A stretch of DNA of 64,000 nucleotides. Source: a virus (lineage: Duplodnaviria > Caudoviricetes). Positions 40,301 through 49,593 of the stretch are shown here, piece by piece. Below the pieces are notes generated by a model that saw nothing but the letters and a program-made list of their open reading frames with translations, searched no databases and was not told the origin of the DNA. Within the stretch, counting starts at the first letter, position 1. Each line of letters begins with the position of its first letter. The translations under genes and the position numbers were made by a program. The stretch lies in IMG/VR virus record IMGVR_UViG_3300032234_000388, positions 96,001 to 160,000 of that record. One strand, given 5' to 3'.

Positions 40301-41902
40301 ATAGCGTTGCCATAACACAGCGCCCGAAGTGGAATACTTGGCAATAGCCAGTACATCTCGAGCGATAGTCATATTATTGAAGTAGTGGTTGTTGTCATCT
40401 CTGTTGGGATTTTTCTGTGATGTGGTTAGAGCACTGAGGTAGACATTGCCAGTTGCGTCACAGTCAATGCCTGTGCCAATGCTGGCGCAAGGTCCTGGAC
40501 CCACTCTACGTGTCCACTGTATTACACCCGAACTGTTGAGTTTTGTAATGTATACCGCAGTTCTATTATAGGTATTGTTGTTGTCATGTACAATTTGAAT
40601 GCGAGCATTGATGCTGACAAACACATTACCCTGACTGTCTGCGGTAACATCGCCACCTGTGGATTCAAAACTCTCTGTGGTTAACATTCTAGTCCAAACT
40701 TCTGCCCCAGTACTGCCATTAAACTTAGACACATAGGTAAAGGTTGGCCCGCCAGTATACTGAGCCCCCACAACAACGAGATCACCGTTGGAGTCTATTT
40801 CCATACCATACGGTTGGTTGTTAGGAAGATAAGGGTCGCCTCCATTACCAAAAGAAAAAGTTTTTGCCCATACCAATGATCCGTTGCTGTTGGAAATTTT
40901 TATTAGGCAACTAATAGGAACTGAATCAAACCTGTCATTTTCGATATATTCAGCGGCAATATAAGTATGTGTGCTGTCAGTGACTGCTCCTGCTAGTTCT
41001 AGATTACTGTTGACTCCTTGACGAGTCACACGATGACGATAACTGCCACCTAGAGTTAAAGTCACTCCAGAATTGGCCTCTAGATACAAAGGAGTAGTGT
41101 CGGAGCCACTATCGTAGGCTCCAAAGCCCAGTACTGGTTCAAGTGTGGTCCAAGAGTCACCGCCATCGGCACTTTGCTGTAAACTCCATCCGCTACGAGC
41201 GCCTAGACTGTCTTCGTCAGCTACAAGAGTCACTACATCAACTGTGGTGCCATTAAATGTTCCCGAGGTGATGGTAGCGGAATCTAACTCAACCCCTCGA
41301 ATATCTGTTACAACAACTGAGGGGTGATAGTCTTTCTTCCACAGTTCAGAACCTGCTGATGTATACTTGATCGCCGCCACTGTGTCATCGAGGGGGCCAT
41401 TGTCTATACTGAACACCACAATGATGTTGTCATCATCGTCTACGCAAACATCGTGTGCTTGACTGACATCCATATCTTCCTGTATCTGTTTTTGCCAGAT
41501 CAGTGTGGCTGAGGAATCAAACTTTGAGATGATCAGTCGATCTCGAAAAATGTCATTGTTATTGTTGTCAACGCCAATTATAACTTCACTGATGTGTAGG
41601 GCAATTAGGTTGCCCTCACTGTCGTAGGCCACTGCGGATGATTCAACACCGCTGTCATTGTTGTTGGCACGATTTACAATGGCAAAATAATCATTGTTGC
41701 CCACAGTGACAGTAACAGCGTTATCGTCTGTGAGACTGTCGCCACTGCTATTGGCATAGTCTAGACTGGTCCAGGCTGTCTCTCCGTCACCGATCTTAAA
41801 CAGGCCGGTATCGTGTTCAAAGCCTGGTTCACCCTGTGCTAAGATTGGATTTGCGTCTGTCCAGGCCGCAGCCGTGTCGCGTCTAAATTTAATTTTTGCC
41901 AT
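37328..41902 (-). CDS. Receptor-binding/fibre protein: Mtd-like N-terminal anchor plus beta-propeller repeats (1524 aa)
   Basis: IKFRRDTAA.W...NPILA.GE.G.E.DT..FKIGDG...W..L.Y N-terminus; KFxSSG..W.R and DS.GN.YV propeller repeats. Confidence 0.75.
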   Translation of the reverse strand: MAKIKFRRDTAAAWTDANPILAQGEPGFEHDTGLFKIGDGETAWTSLDYANSSGDSLTDDNAVTVTVGNNDYFAIVNRANNNDSGVESSAVAYDSEGNLIALHISEVIIGVDNNNNDIFRDRLIISKFDSSATLIWQKQIQEDMDVSQAHDVCVDDDDNIIVVFSIDNGPLDDTVAAIKYTSAGSELWKKDYHPSVVVTDIRGVELDSATITSGTFNGTTVDVVTLVADEDSLGARSGWSLQQSADGGDSWTTLEPVLGFGAYDSGSDTTPLYLEANSGVTLTLGGSYRHRVTRQGVNSNLELAGAVTDSTHTYIAAEYIENDRFDSVPISCLIKISNSNGSLVWAKTFSFGNGGDPYLPNNQPYGMEIDSNGDLVVVGAQYTGGPTFTYVSKFNGSTGAEVWTRMLTTESFESTGGDVTADSQGNVFVSINARIQIVHDNNNTYNRTAVYITKLNSSGVIQWTRRVGPGPCASIGTGIDCDATGNVYLSALTTSQKNPNRDDNNHYFNNMTIARDVLAIAKYSTSGAVLWQRYIEANGYQFYQSKSAEDGTSNFDWNENSGRNLTVSATGKLAVQATVKKRDLDDDVWNTRYWESITFQIDQDGREMTIGSGDEKFTVKESRIPGKFVNLEDLEDSTLGGITVEPIVATLTTDIEVTTPTITYAEAELAQQIIKTASYEYVFGNDGTLTIPNDGDIKLTQTQIGWFSIFGQVDDDNFNVWNRANCVDPATGDVYVTGQENNGQQGFVVRYNSAGEILWSIRLYDNDDELQTRGNAIKMNPVTGNVTVLAEYDGGENSMILEIDPDTAQIVNQIGFKDSASGDLSNAETEAYDFDFQSDGSIVAVGRKYDERRIYTLTPQTGSTTDVLVFNRSDIGTDVYTNDWQISGTGLTGYNNISFNRYSGLTGTVRQGSGATFNVTINDGDIDSYFVASGGTNYRVGHKILLNRTPWGGANSNSDIVVTITEITGNGVITSITAEYLGAGLGNDGTYSGLSGTNYQTGSGLTFDFWGPEEGTNYGDWDDHDITNGGTNYADGDVVVISGTQLGGTSPANDLTAIVNVTTGTVDGFSDFRGTGQNTTVRIEVVSGSNVNFGGTGTWALSYPTSGEAFVWSNRQAGWNKVVGSLNPNASERYFSVATGSDGSIYAAGEIYTNDSSTDYQAVISKFNSSGVHQWSRALNTNVDDNGASAKCVAVRGTTVVVSYFDSYEYDTVITKLDTSGNILWQRKTDSGDDSSVAIDTNGDIYAVAEANFENKYEDVIKVIRFASNGEPIWRKFFGTLGMYQFGNNDEYFKNGRNITLDAEHFYVSGYTNAFDDDAERAFLVKLPKSGDCDGYYGSWTVQTEAYDVDKVNVSEANTFTPNIRNGNFQSWTPDILSNWWDPSNNDSYQTLQPVVDRDGGAIEFADGTRQTSSAQQIPQLKILNNVDHRLCLDDMGKHIYVTYPSITINVPYHYDNPLPIGFTVVIINDTDGGNVNIDADGGSITVVVPGVSSGQYWDLAPQGMATLLKVGEDRWFLTGNVTD

Positions 41903-41905
41903 TTG

Positions 41906-43189
41906 TTATGCTCCGTTTCCGTCAATTAGTAATTCACCAGCTGCTGGTGTATAGGCATTGCCGCCGTCTATTTCAAAGTTCTCTAATGCTGCCATCTTGG
42001 CCGCAAGTTCGTCTAATGCTGCTTGAACAGTATTTACCGTAGGGCTATTCCAGTGGTCTGGCTCCTCAGGAGTATAACTGTTGTCACCGCCACCGCCGCC
42101 TTCGATAGTAACTGTAGGAATGTCATTAATTCTATCAACACTGACTCCTGCTCCGGCAAATGCCAGTGTGCGAACACCCTGTACTTCAAAGTCTTCTGGA
42201 GTGATAATGGTTAAGCCACCTAACACACTAGCACCTGTGCTGTCTACAATGTCACCACCCGAGGGTAGTTTTAGATTGCCGTTTGTGCCAAACTCCCAAA
42301 CATTTCCGCCTTCGTTAGCATAGTTGGTTATTAACTGTAATTTTTCATTACCTAATGTTCCAAGACGCATCCATTCTTCTTCATTAACATTAAAGTTTAC
42401 GAAGTTTCCACTACCATCATCAAACATATTGGCCGGGGAATCAACAAGGATATCTCTTAAGTTTGCGCCACCACCGCCAATTTCGCTGGTTGCATCGCTG
42501 TCGTCTGGATCTTCTTCTTCATCATCTTCACCAGGATTAATAACTTTAAGAGCAACAAGTTTACCAGCAACGTTTGACAGTTTAACATCACCAATATAAA
42601 TTGATCCGTTAGATACAAATAATTCTTTCCATTTAAAACTTGGACTACCTAGAGTGTATCCTGTAGTACCGTCACTGTCTACACTTGGTAGAACATTTTG
42701 TGATATACTTGTTAAATTGTTGTTAATGGTAATAGTATCAGTAGTAGCATTAGTAGCAATATCGATGTTATTACCAGCAACTAGTGTTAGTGTATCTGTA
42801 GTGCCATCTGCTACTACATTTGATTGTCCGGCTACTGCAATTGTACTAAACGAATCGGAAGCAGCACTGGCTATAATACTAGCTGCTACACTTGAAGGAA
42901 TTGTTACAAAAACTGATTTTCCACCTGCTGGAAAATTTACTTTATTGTTTGAGTTTGAAGATGATATTACTGTGTCTCTAAACAATAATTCTTGGGTACT
43001 ATCTGTATCGTAAGTGCCGCGCCCTACTTCCCAATTACCTGCAGCATCTTCGATACCGTAGTAGCATTCGTTGCCTGCACCTATAGCTGCAAATGACTGA
43101 AAGCCAGGAACTGCGGTTTCTAATGTGAATTCAGCTGTACCGGTGCTGTATGATCTAACCTTAACCTTATCGGCAAAAACAATGGCCAT
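41906..43189 (-). CDS. Fibre-associated structural protein
   Basis: ADKVK..S..TGT..L..A..GF and SF.TIAV.GQ..VVAD..DTLTL.AG modules; TAAATA at 43214-43219. Confidence 0.65.
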   Translation of the reverse strand: MAIVFADKVKVRSYSTGTAEFTLETAVPGFQSFAAIGAGNECYYGIEDAAGNWEVGRGTYDTDSTQELLFRDTVISSSNSNNKVNFPAGGKSVFVTIPSSVAASIIASAASDSFSTIAVAGQSNVVADGTTDTLTLVAGNNIDIATNATTDTITINNNLTSISQNVLPSVDSDGTTGYTLGSPSFKWKELFVSNGSIYIGDVKLSNVAGKLVALKVINPGEDDEEEDPDDSDATSEIGGGGANLRDILVDSPANMFDDGSGNFVNFNVNEEEWMRLGTLGNEKLQLITNYANEGGNVWEFGTNGNLKLPSGGDIVDSTGASVLGGLTIITPEDFEVQGVRTLAFAGAGVSVDRINDIPTVTIEGGGGGDNSYTPEEPDHWNSPTVNTVQAALDELAAKMAALENFEIDGGNAYTPAAGELLIDGNGA

Positions 43190-43232
43190 TACGTATCTCC
43201 AAATCGATACGTATATTTACCGCTATTTGATA

Positions 43233-43760
43233 TTAGTTGGCGTAGCCAAAATAGACTGTAACAAACTTTCCGGTCGGAACTGGGCTGGTAAATCGAATAC
43301 CGTCTAATCCACCTAGTAGTGTAAAGTTAGTGGTAGAGATTTGCATTACATTTTCTACTAGAACTATTAGATTGTCTGCACTAACCACAGGTGGGTAATT
43401 AGCTGAAAAATAAAAATCAACATCAACGTTATTGCCGGGACCTAGCGTTTGTTTTACAATTGTAGCACTTCCGGGAGATCTAACAATTTCCCAAGCTCCG
43501 TCTACATAAGCTTCGATGCCGTATACTCGTCCAGTTGAAGGATTAATACTAGTATTATATCTTATAGTGCCGTTGGCATCTGTAGGCTGTCGAACTCCTG
43601 TTAGTTGTGGTCGCTGAGCAGTAGTGCCTTTGGGTAGCATTAGTCCGCCTTTGGCATTTAATACCACACGACTTGCAGGACCGTTGGCATCTGGGTAAGC
43701 AATTAATGTTCTATCATTAATGCTAAATTTTGAAATATTTTTTGTTTTTAGAAATTTCAT
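43233..43760 (-). CDS. Virion structural protein
   Basis: LPKGTTAQRP..G.IRYNT; V.VENVMQ..F.SP.P..V.V; start at ATG 43760 overlapping the upstream stop. Confidence 0.65.
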   Translation of the reverse strand: MKFLKTKNISKFSINDRTLIAYPDANGPASRVVLNAKGGLMLPKGTTAQRPQLTGVRQPTDANGTIRYNTSINPSTGRVYGIEAYVDGAWEIVRSPGSATIVKQTLGPGNNVDVDFYFSANYPPVVSADNLIVLVENVMQISTTNFTLLGGLDGIRFTSPVPTGKFVTVYFGYAN

Positions 43761-44191
43761 ACTGGAAGTGTGCTTATTGTAACTGACAATCTGCTGGCTG
43801 CTGAAGTTCCAACCCAAATTTCATCGCCGCCGAGCAATACCATTCTTTCCTCTGAAAAGAATACTGTTTCCCCTGCAGGCACTGTGAGATTACTGACTAT
43901 TAAATTTCCGGCAGTGTATGATTTTCCTCGTCTAACTATATAGACATTTACAATCACAGCATTTGCAGTTTCGTCAGCTGCACTAGGTGCAGCAGTATTA
44001 CAGAACGCAATGGTTGTTATTGCGTGATCTCTTGCTATAGAAACTCCAGGACCTTCTGGGTGTCCTGCTGGTAATGATGTTCCTAACGGAGATCCGTTAG
44101 TTGAACTGGTAAAAACTTTAACCGGAATATTCACATCGGTAGAGTCTATTAGTCCAATAGTATCTTCTGGGTTTTCATAATTTCTAATCAT
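43757..44191 (-). CDS. Small virion structural protein
   Basis: Same pattern as 19108 and 33378 (CN..., L..GD.I.V). Confidence 0.6.
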   Translation of the reverse strand: MIRNYENPEDTIGLIDSTDVNIPVKVFTSSTNGSPLGTSLPAGHPEGPGVSIARDHAITTIAFCNTAAPSAADETANAVIVNVYIVRRGKSYTAGNLIVSNLTVPAGETVFFSEERMVLLGGDEIWVGTSAASRLSVTISTLPV

Positions 44192-44200
44192 AAATATCTC

Positions 44201-45286
44201 TTAAAATAGCATACTGAATACTAATGCTTTGTTTTTACTTATCAGTTCGCCATTTCTATGGCGTGCTGTTCGACTGTCGTTGGCAAACCAAAGTCCGGTT
44301 TGTCCGATGTTTGGACTAGCAGCATATAACAGTGTACTGCCAGACACGTAAATAGGTTCCCCTGCTAATCTTTCTAGTTGTAGCGCATAGTTGGTTTGTA
44401 ATTTAGCCGTACCTTGCGTTCTTATATAAATGTTTTCGTTAGTAATGCTAGCTCGACTAGAAATTTCGTTGCGATTCTCCCCGCCGCCTATTTCAAGGTC
44501 GCCCACTTCTAGTCTGTTATTATAAAATTGTGCGATTAGAATTCCGTCAACTACTACAGATACAACACTTTCGTCGGTAGGATTATTAATCCCAGTAATT
44601 GATTCAAAATACGCTAGACTTCCCGGAATAGATGGATCGGGGGGATCTGCTTCTAATTCTTTGTCTGATATAATAACTCTAGTATCTTGTGACTGAGGTG
44701 CAACAATTTGAAACGTAGGATTATTTAGAATCGAATCATCGACATATTTTTTATTTGTTAAAATATCGTCGGCTTCTGGATCTGATGCTGCTGCTCGGTC
44801 AAGAATTTCTTGAGCATAGTCTGAAGTTCCAGAAACTTTAACTACTCCAGTACCTGTACCAATTAAGGTAAGATCTCCGTTATCGGTAGTGGGGTTGGTA
44901 TAGATCCGTCTAAGTCTTAGATTGCTGTTGTCGTAGTTAAAAGGACCGGGTGATGCACCGTTAGCTAACAACCACGAATCTGCAGGCTCATCAAACAACA
45001 AAACCGCTGGGGATAGGTCGCCTCGATCAATTTCGATGCCAGCATAATCTAGTATTACTCCGCTAGGAACATTGTCACGATCTTCGCCATAATAGTTGAT
45101 GATAAGAATATTATCTTCAACATTTAAATTAGTTGCAGCAACGGATACAGTTTCTCCTTCAACTACAAGATCCCCAGTTATTCGAACTGTGCCGCCGGAG
45201 GCGGAAGGTCCGGTGTCAAGAATAATCTTAGCACCTTCTGCGGTCTTGATATTATAGTCGCCGTTGACTTGGAGGAACTGACCCAT
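44201..45286 (-). CDS. Fibre/baseplate structural protein
   Basis: I.GDL.VEG..L.VEDN...AGIEIDRG..FDE..W. Confidence 0.6.
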   Translation of the reverse strand: MGQFLQVNGDYNIKTAEGAKIILDTGPSASGGTVRITGDLVVEGETVSVAATNLNVEDNILIINYYGEDRDNVPSGVILDYAGIEIDRGDLSPAVLLFDEPADSWLLANGASPGPFNYDNSNLRLRRIYTNPTTDNGDLTLIGTGTGVVKVSGTSDYAQEILDRAAASDPEADDILTNKKYVDDSILNNPTFQIVAPQSQDTRVIISDKELEADPPDPSIPGSLAYFESITGINNPTDESVVSVVVDGILIAQFYNNRLEVGDLEIGGGENRNEISSRASITNENIYIRTQGTAKLQTNYALQLERLAGEPIYVSGSTLLYAASPNIGQTGLWFANDSRTARHRNGELISKNKALVFSMLF

Positions 45287-45300
45287 CTTTGTATCCTAAA

Positions 45301-45696
45301 TTAAACGATCGGAGTTAGAACAATAATGTCTGCTGACGAATCGTTTTCTAAACGCCATGTGTACTTAACACCATCGAAGTCTGTAGCAACACGTTTGGTA
45401 ATTTTAGCAATAAACTTGAGATTGTTTACACCATTACCGCCAACATAACCAACTAGGCTCATTTCACCTGCAGCGTCTGGTGCAGTTGACTGTAGTACCG
45501 CTGTTGTATAATTAGCTGTAGTGCCGATGTCTTCAACTCGTGCAACAACAAAAGTTTTTGCTCCACGTTGTTTGATAATAACACCATCTGTTCTTAGTGC
45601 AGAATCATAAAAATCAACTCTTACACCCGTGGCTGCGTCTACACCGGTTCCGATAACATCAGTACCGAACACATCTTTTTTTAATGGACGTCCCAT
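45301..45696 (-). CDS. Small structural protein (MGRPL.K..FG domain only); possible capsid decoration
   Basis: Shares its N-terminal domain with 45777-46895; strong SD; close to gp23. Confidence 0.6.
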   Translation of the reverse strand: MGRPLKKDVFGTDVIGTGVDAATGVRVDFYDSALRTDGVIIKQRGAKTFVVARVEDIGTTANYTTAVLQSTAPDAAGEMSLVGYVGGNGVNNLKFIAKITKRVATDFDGVKYTWRLENDSSADIIVLTPIV

Positions 45697-45717
45697 TTTG
45701 TTTCTCCTTTAATTTGA

Positions 45718-45750
45718 CGTTCTAGGTCTACGGGGATGGTTACCCCATAA
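45718..45750 (-). promoter_or_regulatory. Conserved two-hairpin 5'-UTR element, copy 1
   Basis: UUAUGGGG-loop-CCCCGUAG then GAC-CUAGAAC-GUC; covaries with copy 2. Confidence 0.6.
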
Positions 45751-45776
45751 GTCCGGACCTATGTCGGACATTGTAT

Positions 45777-46895
45777 TTAGTAACCTCTAGTTGCTGAATT
45801 GTGTGCAACTGTAAACTGTGTTGCTCCGGTACCTAAACCGTATAGTGTACCGTTTACGCTGTTGTTTGCGCCAAGTTGCATCTTTTCTGCGCCGGCCCAT
45901 TCCTGGAACCAAATACGTACTGGATACCACTTATTTGCTTCAACTGTTACACCGTTAGTACCATCGCGAGCATTACCTGATTGTGCAAATAGATAGTTAT
46001 TATTTGCTGGGTTTAGTGCAGGGGCTCCAATCCATACTACAACATCATCATCTACTGTAGCAAAGAACCGCATATTACCTGTTACAGGTGCTTGGATATA
46101 ACCCTTCCACTCGAGAGCATAGTTGTTTTCTGCGTCTAAGTCGGTTCGTAAACCAAAACCTACATAAGTATCAACTTCTAGAGCATCTGTTGATATTGGG
46201 CCGTTAGCAGGAACAAAGAAGTTCATGTTTAGACCTGAGCCAAAACCAACTTCGTCAATATAATCTTCTGAGAAGTTACCGACATACTTTTGACGAATTA
46301 ATCCGTTTGTAGTGTTTGTAACACTAGTTAAACCGCTGGCTGTAATATCGCGGAATGTAATACCTGTTGCGTTATAAGCATCGATATAACCACTTGCGCC
46401 AACAAATGTACCCGGTACGTTACTGTTGCTACCACCAGAACCTGCTAATGGCTCATCTGGATCCATACCTGGAGGAATTGTTGGGCCTTCGTCACCTTCT
46501 AAATCTGTAGCACTTGTTAAGCTAGTATCTGTTCCAGCTTCTTCAACTTGCCAGTATCCGTCTATGGTGCTAGTGCTGAAATTCCATTGTGAGTTAGTAT
46601 TTGTGCCGCTAACAGAAATACCAATTCTGTGAGCTGCGATCTTTGTGGCTTGGTTAACTGTGTCATCGTCAAATTTAAATGTAACCGTCATTTCTCCTGC
46701 TGCTAGATCTGCAGAGGCTTTGTCTACCATTCTACATAATGCAGTATTACCGTCTGCATCTTTACATAAAAATCTCTTAGAGCCTTTTTGTTTTACAATA
46801 TAGCCTTTAACACTAGCTGTACCGTTATGAAATTGTACTTTAATATTGTTGTCAGCATTTGCGCCAAACAGTCGTTTATTTAATGGGCGTCCCAT
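45777..46895 (-). CDS. MGRPL domain plus PA14-like carbohydrate-binding domain (Hoc-like decoration candidate)
   Basis: W.GYI.AP.TG...F....DD...VWIG..YPVRI.F.E..G PA14/GLEYA pattern. Confidence 0.65.
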   Translation of the reverse strand: MGRPLNKRLFGANADNNIKVQFHNGTASVKGYIVKQKGSKRFLCKDADGNTALCRMVDKASADLAAGEMTVTFKFDDDTVNQATKIAAHRIGISVSGTNTNSQWNFSTSTIDGYWQVEEAGTDTSLTSATDLEGDEGPTIPPGMDPDEPLAGSGGSNSNVPGTFVGASGYIDAYNATGITFRDITASGLTSVTNTTNGLIRQKYVGNFSEDYIDEVGFGSGLNMNFFVPANGPISTDALEVDTYVGFGLRTDLDAENNYALEWKGYIQAPVTGNMRFFATVDDDVVVWIGAPALNPANNNYLFAQSGNARDGTNGVTVEANKWYPVRIWFQEWAGAEKMQLGANNSVNGTLYGLGTGATQFTVAHNSATRGY

Positions 46896-46911
46896 TTGTT
46901 TCTCCTTGTAG

Positions 46912-46943
46912 CGTTCTAGGCCTACGCGGTGGGTGCCGCATAA
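46912..46943 (-). promoter_or_regulatory. Conserved two-hairpin 5'-UTR element, copy 2
   Basis: UUAUGCGG-loop-CCGCGUAG then GGC-CUAGAAC-GCU. Confidence 0.6.
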
Positions 46944-46962
46944 ATCATTCTAGATACTTTAT

Positions 46963-47232
46963 TTATCTACTACTTAGCAAAGCCATAAGCTCAATTTTTT
47001 CAACTGTGGCAATAACTTGATTAATTGTGTCTATTTCTTTTTGTGCTTCTTCTAAATATCGGTTTCTGTGAGTTTGTCTATACTGAATTAGTATTTGACT
47101 GTGCCGTTTAATATGTTCTTCAACAATACGTTCTATGCTGTTTACATCATGAACAAACATAGGAAATCGCTTGCGCCACTCACTAAATTGTACCCGTAGT
47201 TTAGAAAAATCTTTATCGTTTTCAATATGCAT
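46963..47232 (-). CDS. Hypothetical protein (start probably ATG 47232)
   Basis: TAAATA at 47238-47243 lies 5 nt before the ATG. Confidence 0.55.
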   Translation of the reverse strand: MHIENDKDFSKLRVQFSEWRKRFPMFVHDVNSIERIVEEHIKRHSQILIQYRQTHRNRYLEEAQKEIDTINQVIATVEKIELMALLSSR

Positions 47233-47250
47233 ACGGATATTTAAGTCAAA

Positions 47251-47276
47251 CAAAAAGGCTCCGAAGAGCCTTTTTG
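47251..47276 (-). terminator. Intrinsic terminator after the major capsid gene, C(UUCG)G loop
   Basis: CAAAAAGGCTC-TTCG-GAGCCTTTTTG. Confidence 0.9.
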
Positions 47277-47300
47277 AAGTTGCGTTATACGAATTACTGA

Positions 47301-48467
47301 TTAAGCAAAACGTAGGTTAGCGGATGTTACAGCAACAGTCGCTAAGTAATCAGCTGCGTTACCTAGAGAAGAAGCTGTGTTTGTCAACTCAACATAACCA
47401 TAACGTGTCATGAATGATACGACTGGTTCGAAAGTTGCTGGGTCAAGAACAACACCACTGCTCATCAATGGAATGTATGGGCAATAGAATGCTGCTGCGT
47501 CAGACTCAGAAGATCCTTTGTAGCCAACTAGAACGTTGTCGTTCTCAGCGTATGTGTTAACATAAACTTTCATTGCGCTATTCAATGTACCAACAAACTT
47601 AGTGTTTGTAGGAGCTTCAAATGTACCTTCTGTTGTACGAGCAAATGCGCTTGTAGTAGCAGACTGTAGTAGTGTCAATGTAGTTGGGGAAACAACAGCC
47701 CAATTACCTGCACCACGACGTGTACGCTGAGCGATCAAGTTAGCAGCACGGTTGATTTGAACAGCCAATGCAGCGTGCTCATCACCAACGAATGTAGCTG
47801 TACCAGATACAGCAGCTTGGTCGTATGTTAATACTGTTGAGCTCAATGTAGCCAAGCTACGTAGAACTTCTTGGTCGATCTCAGCTGTAATTTCTTGTGC
47901 AAGAGCAGCCATGATCTCTGCTTCGATGTCAATACCTTGTTGGGCTTGTGCATCTTGAGCAGCTTCAAATGTCCAGCGAGCTGACAATTTACGTGTCTTA
48001 GCTTCAACTGTTTGTTTCAAGATTTGAATGCTTAGTTTGTTACCTGCTACACCTTCTAGTGCGGCTGTTGAAGCAGCTTTACCAGTTGTAGCACCAGCAT
48101 AACCTTCAGCAATCTTGAATGGGCTTAGAGCCTCATCACCAGCAACAGTATTACCGCCAGTACCGATAAATGTATCGCTGTAGCGAACACGTAGAGTATG
48201 GATCTGTCCGACTGGACCTGTCATTGGTTGTACACCAACTAGTTCATTAGCAATGACTGTTGGCATTACACGTCTGATCACTGGAAGGATCACACGATTT
48301 AGGGTTGCAACGTTACCGGCGGAAGTTGCACCAGCAGTGGCACTTTCTGACAAATACTTGCGGGTATTTTCTAGAGTTGTTGCCATTACGGTACGCTTGT
48401 TACCTTGAAGACCTTCTAAAAGGGCGTCTTTGGTTTCCGACCAGCGTGACTCGAGTAGTTGTGACAT
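47301..48467 (-). CDS. gp23: Major capsid protein (T4 gp23-like)
   Basis: GVQPMTGPVGQI..LR; VEAKTRKL.A.WT.E.AQD; YCPYIPL; F.TRYG. Confidence 0.96.
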   Translation of the reverse strand: MSQLLESRWSETKDALLEGLQGNKRTVMATTLENTRKYLSESATAGATSAGNVATLNRVILPVIRRVMPTVIANELVGVQPMTGPVGQIHTLRVRYSDTFIGTGGNTVAGDEALSPFKIAEGYAGATTGKAASTAALEGVAGNKLSIQILKQTVEAKTRKLSARWTFEAAQDAQAQQGIDIEAEIMAALAQEITAEIDQEVLRSLATLSSTVLTYDQAAVSGTATFVGDEHAALAVQINRAANLIAQRTRRGAGNWAVVSPTTLTLLQSATTSAFARTTEGTFEAPTNTKFVGTLNSAMKVYVNTYAENDNVLVGYKGSSESDAAAFYCPYIPLMSSGVVLDPATFEPVVSFMTRYGYVELTNTASSLGNAADYLATVAVTSANLRFA

Positions 48468-48477
48468 ATAGTTCTCC

Positions 48478-49578
48478 TTAAACTTTTAGTCCCGCAAGCC
48501 TGCGGATGTCAAATATCTCAGCGGTCTTTTCCTCACCACTGATTGGTTGTGCCTGTGCTTTGTCGCCTGTAATTTCTTTGCCTTCTGTTAATGCTTGTGA
48601 TTTTTTGACTGGAGTTCCGCCATTCATTACTGCTGGTAGATACTTGTCATAAGCTACACGTAGCTTTTCAGTTTGTACTGATTCTAATAGCTCGCCCATA
48701 ACTGCACGCTTATCGCCACCTAAAGGACCTAACAATTCGCTCATAACTTCCTTGCGAGATGCACTATCTTTGGCAATGCGTAATTCAGCTTCTTTGCTTT
48801 CTACTAGTTTTTGTGTTTCTGCAACAATCTTTGCTGCTTCTTCTAATTCAGCTTGCTTCTCAGCAACTGCTTTTAGAAGTTTGCTTGTCTCTGACTTTTC
48901 GTTCAGGTGACTTGCAGCATATTCGCTTGCGAATGATTCAAAAATTCTACGACCAAAGTCATTCTTGCGAGCATGTTCAATGTCCTCTTTCAACTGAGTC
49001 ATTTCAGATTTTAGTCCTTTTGCAACTGTTTCTTCAATGATTTGTGCTGAGCGAGCAATAAAATCTTTCTTAACAGCTTCAAACTTAGCTTTGCTTTCAC
49101 GTACTAAACGTACTTTAGTTTCAGCTAGGTCTTTTTTGTCGCTGTGGAATTCTGCGATTTCTTTCGCTAGTGCATCCACAATAAAAGATTCTAATTTTGC
49201 AACATTACCTGCAACTGCTTTACGATCTTCGTGTAGTTCTGCTAATTCCTTTTTAAGGTTTTGTAGAACAAATGATTCCATTGTTTTGGAGTCATCTTTC
49301 ATTTTCTTTGCATACTTGGCACGAGCTTCAATTAGTCCTTGACGATCTTCTGCAAGCTCGCCTAGTTCTGCTTGTAGGCGATCTGTTAGCATGGCTTCAA
49401 CAGCCTCTACCATAGCACCTTTATCATGCTCATACTTTTGTGCAAATTCTTCACGTAGTTCAGCAGTAACTTGTTCGCGGTTTTCTTGAATTTTGCCATT
49501 CCATGACGATTCAATTTCCGATTTAATTTCTTCGGAAATCACATTGTTCTCAAACAGTTGTTTTACGATATCTAGCAT
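48478..49578 (-). CDS. gp22: Prohead core scaffold protein (gp22-like)
   Basis: Coiled-coil, located between gp21 and gp23. Confidence 0.75.
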   Translation of the reverse strand: MLDIVKQLFENNVISEEIKSEIESSWNGKIQENREQVTAELREEFAQKYEHDKGAMVEAVEAMLTDRLQAELGELAEDRQGLIEARAKYAKKMKDDSKTMESFVLQNLKKELAELHEDRKAVAGNVAKLESFIVDALAKEIAEFHSDKKDLAETKVRLVRESKAKFEAVKKDFIARSAQIIEETVAKGLKSEMTQLKEDIEHARKNDFGRRIFESFASEYAASHLNEKSETSKLLKAVAEKQAELEEAAKIVAETQKLVESKEAELRIAKDSASRKEVMSELLGPLGGDKRAVMGELLESVQTEKLRVAYDKYLPAVMNGGTPVKKSQALTEGKEITGDKAQAQPISGEEKTAEIFDIRRLAGLKV

Positions 49579-49593
49579 GTGATTCTCCTACTG

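Noticed and set aside
37328-41902. Diversity-generating retroelement suggested by the Mtd-like N-terminus
   Set aside because: No reverse transcriptase and no TR/VR pair with adenine-specific mismatches seen; the 101-nt repeat elsewhere is identical and intragenic
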